Assembly: GCA_031411275.1 (NCBI GenBank)
Contig: JANOAU010000052.1
Location: forward strand, 18,524-82,523
Source: Saprospiraceae bacterium
GTDB taxonomy: Bacteria; Bacteroidota; Bacteroidia; Chitinophagales; Saprospiraceae
Direction: 5' to 3'
DNA length: 64,000 nucleotides
Of this stretch, positions 57,826-64,000 are shown one piece after another (position 1 is the stretch's first letter; the number at the start of each line of letters is the position of its first letter). A model generated the notes under the pieces. The model saw only the letters and a list, made by a program, of their open reading frames with translations, was not told the origin of the DNA and did no database searches. The position numbers and the translations under genes were made by a program.

Positions 57826-57833
57826 CAAAGTTA
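57826..57833 (-). promoter_or_regulatory. Candidate -7 box (TAACTTTG on the minus strand)
   Basis: The plus strand reads CAAAGTTA, 44 nt upstream of the fumC ATG. Confidence 0.4.
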
Positions 57834-57918
57834 CGTCAAAACATATCGAGCTTTTTAGATATTTTGCCTTTTTTTTCAATTCATATTTTTTCAAAATAAA
57901 AAAATACAGAGACGACGC

Positions 57919-57948
57919 TTTGAAAAACAAAAACAGCCTGTATATTTG
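57919..57948 (+). promoter_or_regulatory. Candidate Bacteroidota promoter for the tRNA pair (-33 TTTG, -7 TATATTTG)
   Basis: TTTG at 57919-57922 and TATATTTG at 57941-57948, with an 18-nt spacer. The -7 box ends 25 nt before the tRNA-Val 5' end. Confidence 0.45.
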
Positions 57949-57973
57949 CACCGCATTAAAAGAAAAGCACAAT

Positions 57974-58047
57974 CGAAGTATAGCTCAGTTGGTTAGAGTA
58001 TCGCCTTGACATGGCGGGGGTCAGTGGTTCGAATCCACTTACTTCGA
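57974..58047 (+). tRNA. tRNA-Val (anticodon GAC)
   Basis: Hand-folded cloverleaf: acceptor CGAAGTA/TACTTCG, D arm GCTC-AGTTGGTTA-GAGT, anticodon arm TCGCC-TTGACAT-GGCGG, T arm AGTGG-TTCGAAT-CCACT, discriminator A. Confidence 0.8.
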
Positions 58048-58055
58048 CAGGTTGG

Positions 58056-58103
58056 TTATTAGGGATTGGTTATTGGTTTCGACGAATAACCAATCCCTAA
58101 TAA
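58056..58103. repeat. Inter-tRNA hairpin with 19-bp arms (GGTTATT word family)
   Basis: TTATTAGGGATTGGTTATT (58056-58074) / AATAACCAATCCCTAATAA (58085-58103). Confidence 0.8.
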
Positions 58104-58118
58104 TCAATAACTAAACAA

Positions 58119-58192
58119 AGGGATATAGCGCAGTCCGGTAGCGCACACGTCTGGGGGGCGTGGGGTCGCAAGTTCGAATCTTGTTATCCCTA
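58119..58192 (+). tRNA. tRNA-Pro (anticodon GGG)
   Basis: Hand-folded cloverleaf: acceptor AGGGATA/TATCCCT, D arm GCGC-AGTCCGGTA-GCGC, anticodon arm CACGT-CTGGGGG-GCGTG (U33, G37), T arm GCAAG-TTCGAAT-CTTGT, discriminator A. Confidence 0.75.
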
Positions 58193-58200
58193 CTTTTTAG

Positions 58201-58244
58201 AACAAAAGCCTTTGATAATCAATTGATTATCAAAGGCTTTTGTT
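58201..58244 (+). terminator. Perfect 44-bp palindrome after the tRNA pair
   Basis: AACAAAAGCCTTTGATAATCAA / TTGATTATCAAAGGCTTTTGTT begins 9 nt after tRNA-Pro. Confidence 0.65.
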
Positions 58245-58401
58245 GTATTGGGTCGTATTTCAGTCGTTTTTAGATAAAGAATTTTGTCGCAAAATACAAA
58301 GGTTTGTTTGGGATAGTATAAACTTAACGCAATTTAACCCATTGATACATATCAGAATCTTTAAAGTTAAAAAGTAGAATACCGAAGTTTTTATGACATG
58401 T

Positions 58402-59889
58402 CTATGTTGTCACCTTCTCTGTTTTAAAAAAAACAAAATCTGCTTTTTTCGATTCACACATCGGACAAACAAAAGCATCGGGTAATGCCTCAAATAGTAC
58501 CCCCTCAGTAATGCCCTGCGTGGGTTCGCCAAAACGAGGGTCATATACCGTCCAACAATGACCACATTGATAGACAAGGGGTTGTGTTCCTTTTTCTTGT
58601 TTTTTTGGTTTTTGAATGACGGCAACTCTTGAAGCGGCTTTATCATGAGTAAGTTGGGCATAGTATTTTTTACTCAAATTCAGCAATTCGTCTGCTAAAC
58701 GCCATTTAGGAACGCCTAATTGATGTGTTTTACGCTTGCGGCTGTGTGGATTAAAGTCTTCGGCATAAAAAATATCGAACACCCCAAACCAACCAAACGG
58801 GTCAAATGACCATTTACCTATACTGAAAAAAGGCTCTCGCCGAATGATGACCGACCCAAAAACCTCTGATTTATGCCTTGTTTTGATGGCAAACAGCAGT
58901 CCAAAAGTCCGTGCATCCATTTTGTCAAATTGCTTAAATAAGTATTGTTTCACCTTAAAACCAACGGGTGCATCGTCTTCTGTTTGCCAATTGAGTTCGA
59001 GGGCCGCATGACGGACATTGATGCCATATTTGCCCAGCAGTTTCTCCCAGATATAGCGGTCTTGCGGCAAAACACCTTTGATTATCAGCGAACGCCAAGT
59101 CGTGACGCACAGCGCACCGACCTTTGTTTCTGCGCATAAGGCACACATTTCCTTTAAAAATAAGGTAGGAAATTGCTCATTTCGGCGATAAATACCAATC
59201 CATGGCTTTGCACCGTATAGGTTGACACCTTCGTAATAAGGCATCACAAAACGTGGAATAATCAACTCTTTTTCAGGTGCGCGCATTACCAACCCCTCAG
59301 TAAAATGCAAATAATGTGGCATTTCGAGAAAGTCTAAATTCTCCATTTCCAACAACTCATACTCTGCTTTTTGAGCGAAATTGGCTAAATCCTGCGTATA
59401 GATTAAATTCGGAAAACGTTCAATCCGATGTGTTTTAGGAAAGCGAATGAAACAAAACCAAAAATGGGGTACATCGGACGAAATGAAATTGAGATGCCCC
59501 GTAAAAAAAGGCGCATACGCCTGAAGGGCATCACAAATATTGATTTTTAACTTGGGTTTGTAGTCAAACAAATCCAATACGTCTTGATACACACCTTCTG
59601 ATAACCAGCCATCTGAATGTGTTTGAAAAATCTCTGCCGTTGAATAAGTCGTTAAAATATTGGGAAATTCATCTGATTCACTTTCAATGTCAACGCCCAA
59701 TTCTGTCATTTTTTTATATACAAAAGCTAATTCACGATTATGAACCTTCAAAATCAGTTGTTGTCTGCCGCCAAAGCTGATATTGTTAATACCTGCTTTT
59801 TGCGCTATTTCTAAGACAGACAATAACCATGAAGGCGAGACGATGCCACCTTTTAGGTTTATTTTCAATGTTTTATAGCTATTGAACAT
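58402..59889 (-). CDS. Rubredoxin-domain protein with a large N-terminal region of uncertain (possibly nitrite/sulfite-reductase-like) fold
   Basis: The C-terminal YQCGHCWTVYDPRFGEP ... FVCPMCES is a rubredoxin CxxC...CxxC. The N-terminal LKINLKGGIVSPSWLLSVLEIAQKAG...FGGRQQLIL resembles NiR/SiR ferredoxin-like half-domains. The gene is next to the nitrate reductase. Confidence 0.5.
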   Translation of the reverse strand: MFNSYKTLKINLKGGIVSPSWLLSVLEIAQKAGINNISFGGRQQLILKVHNRELAFVYKKMTELGVDIESESDEFPNILTTYSTAEIFQTHSDGWLSEGVYQDVLDLFDYKPKLKINICDALQAYAPFFTGHLNFISSDVPHFWFCFIRFPKTHRIERFPNLIYTQDLANFAQKAEYELLEMENLDFLEMPHYLHFTEGLVMRAPEKELIIPRFVMPYYEGVNLYGAKPWIGIYRRNEQFPTLFLKEMCALCAETKVGALCVTTWRSLIIKGVLPQDRYIWEKLLGKYGINVRHAALELNWQTEDDAPVGFKVKQYLFKQFDKMDARTFGLLFAIKTRHKSEVFGSVIIRREPFFSIGKWSFDPFGWFGVFDIFYAEDFNPHSRKRKTHQLGVPKWRLADELLNLSKKYYAQLTHDKAASRVAVIQKPKKQEKGTQPLVYQCGHCWTVYDPRFGEPTQGITEGVLFEALPDAFVCPMCESKKADFVFFKTEKVTT

Positions 59890-59948
59890 ATTTTTCTATA
59901 TTTTTGTCTTTTAAAAATAAATGTCTATTTTACTAAAAAATATAAATC

Positions 59949-60164
59949 ATGTCGGTTGCACTTCAAAATATTCTTAATACAGTTCCTTTATTATCACCAG
60001 AAGAAGTTCAGGTTTTATTAGCAGAATTAAAAGAAATAAGTGTTCAAGTAGAACGCAAAGAAAAAATTCGACAAACACTTTTAGCACTCAAAGGGAAAGG
60101 CAAAGGTGTTTGGCAAGGCGATGCACAACAATTAGTAAACGAAATGAGAGCAGACCGTGAATAA
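59949..60164 (+). CDS. Putative antitoxin of the VapC pair
   Basis: A 71-aa protein that overlaps the downstream PIN gene by 8 nt. I recognise no family, so the call rests on context. Confidence 0.5.
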   Translation: MSVALQNILNTVPLLSPEEVQVLLAELKEISVQVERKEKIRQTLLALKGKGKGVWQGDAQQLVNEMRADRE

Positions 60165-60585
60165 TAAAGAGAAAATTTATTTTGATACAGCCCCTTTCAT
60201 CTATTTTATTGAAAACAATCCAGAATTCTATCAAAAATTAGAAGATTTGATATTTCAATTAGTTGAAGACGACGCCATCTTTTACACAAGCGTCCTCACT
60301 CAAACGGAATTTAGTGTTCATCCAATTAAGTTCAATAGACGTGAACTGATAGACGATTATGAAACACTACTCTCTACAATGTCTTTTAATATAAATTCAA
60401 TTGACATTCTCATTGCTAAACATGCTGCTGAACTGCGGGCAAAATATCCATCACTAAAAACAATGGATGCTTTACAATTGGCTTTTGCATTAGAATTTGA
60501 ATGTGATAAATTTATCACAAATGATAGAGGTTTGAGCAGAATTGTTGAAAATTCTATGACAATTGTTATCGTTGCTGATTTATAG
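60157..60585 (+). CDS. vapC: PIN-domain toxin (VapC-like)
   Basis: YFDTAPFIYF (Asp1) ... TSVLTQTEF (Glu) ... MDALQLAFALE ... FITNDRGL (Asp) gives the acidic quartet spacing of PIN domains. Confidence 0.7.
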   Translation: MNNKEKIYFDTAPFIYFIENNPEFYQKLEDLIFQLVEDDAIFYTSVLTQTEFSVHPIKFNRRELIDDYETLLSTMSFNINSIDILIAKHAAELRAKYPSLKTMDALQLAFALEFECDKFITNDRGLSRIVENSMTIVIVADL

Positions 60586-60594
60586 ATGTGTAAA

Positions 60595-63500
60595 TCAAGC
60601 AACAACTGCATCCACTAATGCTAAATTTTTCTCCAAAATTGACCGCACCTCTGCCCGACAACTGCCACAACCGCTTCCTGCACCTGTTGCATCGCACAAT
60701 TTTTGAAAATCAGTACAGCCATTATTGATATGTTTTTCCAAATTACCTGAACCCACGCCATTGCACGAGCAAATGATTTTGCCCAGAATAGGCTCTGCTT
60801 TTTTGCCGCTTCGCAACAATTCCAAGCGTTTTTCAGACAATTCAATGCCGTTCTGAATCCAGTTTTTGAATTCTAAAAACTCGGATTTGTCACCCATCAG
60901 AATTGCACCGACCAGTCGGTCATTCTGAATGAGGCATTTTTTGTAAAATCTTTTCGCTTTGTCAATAAAGATAACTTCTTCAAAATCAAGGTTTTCCGTC
61001 GGTGTTTCGATGCGTCCCAATGAACACAATTCCAAGCCTTCCATTTTCAAAATATTCATGGATAACGAGCCTTTATAAGGCGTTGCCGCATCACCTGCTA
61101 AGAAACGGGCAGCAACAGCTGCTTGTTCTTCGGCGGCAGCAGTGATGCCCCACATCTCGCCGTGCCATTCGGCGATTTCGCCAAAGGCAAATACTGAGGG
61201 GTCCGATGTTTGCAAATAATCATTGACCAAAACGCCGCGGTTGCACGATAAACCAGCCTCTCGAGCTAACTCGACATTCGGTATCGTGCCAACGGCGTAC
61301 AAAAGAGCATCACATTCTATTCTTCGACCGCTGCGTAAGCGGATAGCTTCAATTTTATCTTTGCCAAAAAACGTTTGAATTTGGTCATTGAAAAAAGCAT
61401 CAATGCCCCTTTCAAGGATTTCTTCGCGCAGCAAAGCACTTCCTAAATCATCTAATTGTCTGTCCATAAACCGCGAAGTACGCTGCACAATGGAGACTTT
61501 TACGCCAATTTCGCTTAAAGAACCCGCCATTTCAATCCCTAACAACCCACCACCTACGATAACAATGTGTTTAGGGTTTTGAGTAACATCATCTCCCATC
61601 TGGGGCTGGAGTACATCTGCTCCCCTTTGGGGCGGGGGGGATAGTTGATTCAGCAATTTATCTGCATCGTATTTTGTCCGCATCGTAAAAATGCCTTCAA
61701 GATGCTGGGGTACGTCTTTGGGCATATTCGGTCGGCTGCCCATGCCCAATAGCAAAATATCGTAATGGTGTACCGTTCCGTTTTCGTCTTCAAACGATTT
61801 AGAGGGTAGGGTCAATTTTTTCATCCCCACGCCTTTGTGGACTTTGACGTTTTTTTCAAATAAGTCCTTTTCGGTCAATTTCTGTAATTGTTCCCATGTT
61901 TGTGTTCCGCTTACATAATCTGGCAACATGACGCGGTTATAAAAAGGGTGTATTTCACGGCTAAACACATGAATTTCGTCCGTTTCGTTGAGTTTTCGAT
62001 AGTTTTCTATGAAACCATAGGCAGCGGCACCCGCACCGATGAGGACAATTTTTCTTTTTGGTGAAACGATTTTTGCCACATCAACGGCTGAAAACTTGAA
62101 ATCAGGTTCTTTTGAACGCGGGTCAACCAGATTATTTGTGACGTTATTGGCGCGTGCAAAATCCTTTCCATTGATTTTCCCCCAGTGCATCGGCAGAAAA
62201 ACAACACCTTCACGTATGTCTTCTGTAATGCGGGCTTGAGCGCGAACAACGCCACGACTGTTACCAATCTCAACTGTTTCACCTTCTAAAATGCCTCGTT
62301 CTAAAGCATCTTTGGGATGGATTTCAACAAAAACTTCGGCAATATGCTGATTGAGTTTATTGACTTTTCCCGTCCGACTCATCGTATGCCATTGATCACG
62401 GATACGCCCTGTCGTTAAAATAAGTGGATACTGAGGGGTCGTTTTTTCAGATAAAATTGTGTCTTCACACCCATGTATTTGTGCTTTCTTACTGGGTGTA
62501 TAAAATATTTTGTCTTCAAAAAGACGTTTTGTGCCTATTTGGGTGACATTGTTCTGAATGTCTTTATTTAGATTAAAGTTGGTATTGGTTTTGTCTGAAT
62601 TGTTTTTAATAAAGTTCTCGTTTTGTTCTTTAATATTTATTCCTTCTTTCTTATTTTTAATATTGCTTAAACTATTTTCAATATTAATTAAGCTAATTCC
62701 ATTTAATTTTAAATCATTTTTACTATTGTTTAAACTATTTTTATTCTTTTCAAAATCATTTTCAAAATTGTTTAAATCATTTTTATTTTGATTAAAATTA
62801 CCATTAGAATTGTTTAATAAACATAAAGCATCTTGTTCTGTAAAAGGCCATTGAACAGATGTATGTTTTTGTAAAATACTATAATTTAAACCTGAAATAT
62901 CAATATTTGTACCGCGTGTCAAAGCCACATGTTCTAAAAAGACATCTTCCGTTTTTGGATAATTAAACTTCTTTTCAAAACCCATTTTGTGTGCAAAACG
63001 AATAAGAATATCGGTATCGGGCATGGCTTCGCCCGGTGCTTCCGTGATTTTGTGCAAGTACGTGATGCGGCGTTCTGAATTGGTCATCGTGCCTTCTTTT
63101 TCTGTCCAAGTGGCGGCGGGCAGCACAACATCAGCGTATTCAAGCGTTTCTGGACGGTTTGACATATCTTGAACAACAACGAATTTGGCGTTTTTTAAAG
63201 CCTTTTCAGCCATTCGCACATCGGGCAAACTGAGTAAGGGGTTGGTACACATAATCCAAATCGCTTTCATGCGTCCATCGGCGAGGGCTTCAAACATTTC
63301 AGTTGCAGTCAATCCCGGTTTAGGTGCAATGGTTTTTCCACCCCAAAACGCTTGCACTTCGCGACGGTCATTTTCATCTAAAAGGTTGCGGTGTGCGGGT
63401 AACATATTGGATAAACCGCCGACTTCGCGCCCACCCATCGCATTGGGTTGACCAGTGAGCGAGAAGGGACCCGCACCCGCTCGACCGATTTGACCCGTTA

Positions 63501-64000
63501 TTAAGTGGAGATTGATTAAACTAAGGTTTTTAGAAACGCCCATAACACTCTGATTCAGACCCATCGCCCACATCGAAATAAACCCTTTTGAGCGACCAAT
63601 CCAAGAGGCTGCTAATTGTACATCAGCGATTTCGATGCCACAGATGTCTGCCGCTTCTTCAATGGTTTTTGAAAAAGCGACAGATTTGAGTTTTTCGTAC
63701 CCCTCAGTATATTGCGAAATAAAATCATTGTCAATCCATTGATTTTCAATCAATATACGAGCAATAGCGTTAAAAAGAGTAATGTCAGTAGCTGGTTTTA
63801 TAGGAAGGTGGAGGTCTGAACTACGCGCCGAATCTGTTTTACGTGGATCAACAGTAATGATTTTTACGTGCGGATTAGCAGCCTTATGTGCTTCAACTCG
63901 CCGCCAAATAATCGGGTGGCACCAAGCTGGATTAGCTCCTGCAACGAAAATACAATCCGATAATTCAATATCATCATAACAAACTGGCACGCTGTCTTCA
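60595..64000 (-). CDS. nasA: Assimilatory nitrate reductase fusion, N-terminus beyond the window. It combines a molybdopterin oxidoreductase (NasA/NarB-like), an FAD/NAD(P)H oxidoreductase (NirB N-terminal-like) and a BFD-like [2Fe-2S] domain.
   Basis: The frame is open to the window end. Mo-bisMGD motifs (SMWAMGLNQS, LTGQPNAMGGREVG, ILTTGRIRDQWHT); then KIVLIGAGAAAYGF and IVIVGGGLLGIEMA Rossmann motifs; the C-terminal CSCNGV...CGSC is BFD-like. Confidence 0.8.
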   Translation of the reverse strand, partial: EDSVPVCYDDIELSDCIFVAGANPAWCHPIIWRRVEAHKAANPHVKIITVDPRKTDSARSSDLHLPIKPATDITLFNAIARILIENQWIDNDFISQYTEGYEKLKSVAFSKTIEEAADICGIEIADVQLAASWIGRSKGFISMWAMGLNQSVMGVSKNLSLINLHLITGQIGRAGAGPFSLTGQPNAMGGREVGGLSNMLPAHRNLLDENDRREVQAFWGGKTIAPKPGLTATEMFEALADGRMKAIWIMCTNPLLSLPDVRMAEKALKNAKFVVVQDMSNRPETLEYADVVLPAATWTEKEGTMTNSERRITYLHKITEAPGEAMPDTDILIRFAHKMGFEKKFNYPKTEDVFLEHVALTRGTNIDISGLNYSILQKHTSVQWPFTEQDALCLLNNSNGNFNQNKNDLNNFENDFEKNKNSLNNSKNDLKLNGISLINIENSLSNIKNKKEGINIKEQNENFIKNNSDKTNTNFNLNKDIQNNVTQIGTKRLFEDKIFYTPSKKAQIHGCEDTILSEKTTPQYPLILTTGRIRDQWHTMSRTGKVNKLNQHIAEVFVEIHPKDALERGILEGETVEIGNSRGVVRAQARITEDIREGVVFLPMHWGKINGKDFARANNVTNNLVDPRSKEPDFKFSAVDVAKIVSPKRKIVLIGAGAAAYGFIENYRKLNETDEIHVFSREIHPFYNRVMLPDYVSGTQTWEQLQKLTEKDLFEKNVKVHKGVGMKKLTLPSKSFEDENGTVHHYDILLLGMGSRPNMPKDVPQHLEGIFTMRTKYDADKLLNQLSPPPQRGADVLQPQMGDDVTQNPKHIVIVGGGLLGIEMAGSLSEIGVKVSIVQRTSRFMDRQLDDLGSALLREEILERGIDAFFNDQIQTFFGKDKIEAIRLRSGRRIECDALLYAVGTIPNVELAREAGLSCNRGVLVNDYLQTSDPSVFAFGEIAEWHGEMWGITAAAEEQAAVAARFLAGDAATPYKGSLSMNILKMEGLELCSLGRIETPTENLDFEEVIFIDKAKRFYKKCLIQNDRLVGAILMGDKSEFLEFKNWIQNGIELSEKRLELLRSGKKAEPILGKIICSCNGVGSGNLEKHINNGCTDFQKLCDATGAGSGCGSCRAEVRSILEKNLALVDAVVA
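62540..62820 (-). other. In-frame, very AT-rich Asn/Lys-rich low-complexity insertion (~90 aa) inside the nitrate reductase
   Basis: It encodes NNSNGNFNQNKNDLNNFENDFEKNKNSLNNSKNDLKLNGISLINIENSLSNIKNKKEGINIKEQNENFIKNNSDKTNTNFNLNKDIQNNVTQ, between the conserved VQWPF and GTKRLF segments. Confidence 0.85.

Larger units (their letters stand above)
708..63708. repeat. Dispersed over-represented word TACTGAGGGG (46 exact copies of the ACTGAGGGG core; see findings for coordinates)
   Basis: Counted by eye on both strands. It occurs in coding and non-coding DNA, with 25 copies in plus and 21 in minus orientation. Confidence 0.9.

Noticed and set aside
58119-58192. tRNA-Pro with an A1:U72 acceptor end as an anomaly
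   Set aside because: The cloverleaf is otherwise canonical (U33, G37, T-loop TTCGAAT). Acceptor-end identity rules differ between ProRS types, so from sequence alone this is not clearly abnormal.
62540-62820. Intein or mobile element inside the nitrate reductase
   Set aside because: The region has no intein splicing motifs (no Cys/Ser start or His-Asn end blocks), no inverted repeats and no ORF of its own. It is in-frame low-complexity sequence.
708-63708. TACTGAGGGG as a Chi-like or FtsK-orienting (KOPS) polar sequence
   Set aside because: Within this window the orientation is nearly balanced (25 plus, 21 minus) and switches repeatedly over short distances, unlike replichore-polarised signals. 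Without the whole genome I cannot fully exclude it.
708-63708. TACTGAGGGG as a by-product of one conserved peptide motif or a repeated protein domain
   Set aside because: The copies are read in five different frames on both strands in unrelated protein families, and about ten copies are intergenic.
1-64000. Transposases, integrases, prophage genes, rRNA operons
   Set aside because: I looked for DDE/tyrosine-recombinase-like ORFs, phage structural genes and rRNA-like conserved stretches and recognised none. The only mobile-element-like items are the MITE-like element and the toxin-antitoxin modules.

Overview
This is a 64 kb chromosomal segment that is AT-rich (about 35-40% GC by eye) and looks like Bacteroidota. 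The supporting signs are a T9SS C-terminal sorting domain, TAnnTTTG-type -7 promoter boxes, MqnD (futalosine pathway), an LptE-like lipoprotein, and DUF3276/DUF3467/DUF4143 families. I cannot name the species. About 57 genes are packed densely. They include: (1) an ABC-transporter-dependent surface polysaccharide locus at 3.3-13.7 kb (GT2/GT4 glycosyltransferases, Wzm/Wzt, acyltransferases, one of them decayed); (2) small accessory modules: AAA-ATPase/PD-(D/E)XK, xisH-xisI, a DUF4143 ATPase, a tripartite HipBST-like module, a ParE pair and a VapBC pair; (3) a four-gene transglutaminase / circularly permuted ATP-grasp / alpha-E / DUF2126 cluster at 29.4-37.7 kb; (4) housekeeping genes (hscA-like Hsp70, ubiX, selU, mqnD, secG, tatC, fumC, fdx, an ABC-F ATPase, a LytS/LytTR two-component pair, tRNA-Val and tRNA-Pro); and (5) part of a nitrate-assimilation cluster with a fused NasA-NirB(N)-BFD reductase that runs off the window end. 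The most striking signal is not a gene. The decamer TACTGAGGGG occurs 45 times exactly (46 counting its 9-mer core ACTGAGGGG), about one per 1.4 kb. It appears in both orientations, in all five stop-free reading frames, and in spacers, which is how a DNA uptake sequence or a HIP1-like genomic word behaves. A second layer of non-genic structure includes heptanucleotide-periodic simple repeats at 10 or more intergenic sites and once inside hscA, a 10-unit 21-bp tandem array, a 188-bp nested inverted-repeat element that splits the two-component operon, and a 24-bp-arm perfect palindrome. I found no rRNA, CRISPR array, transposase or prophage genes.
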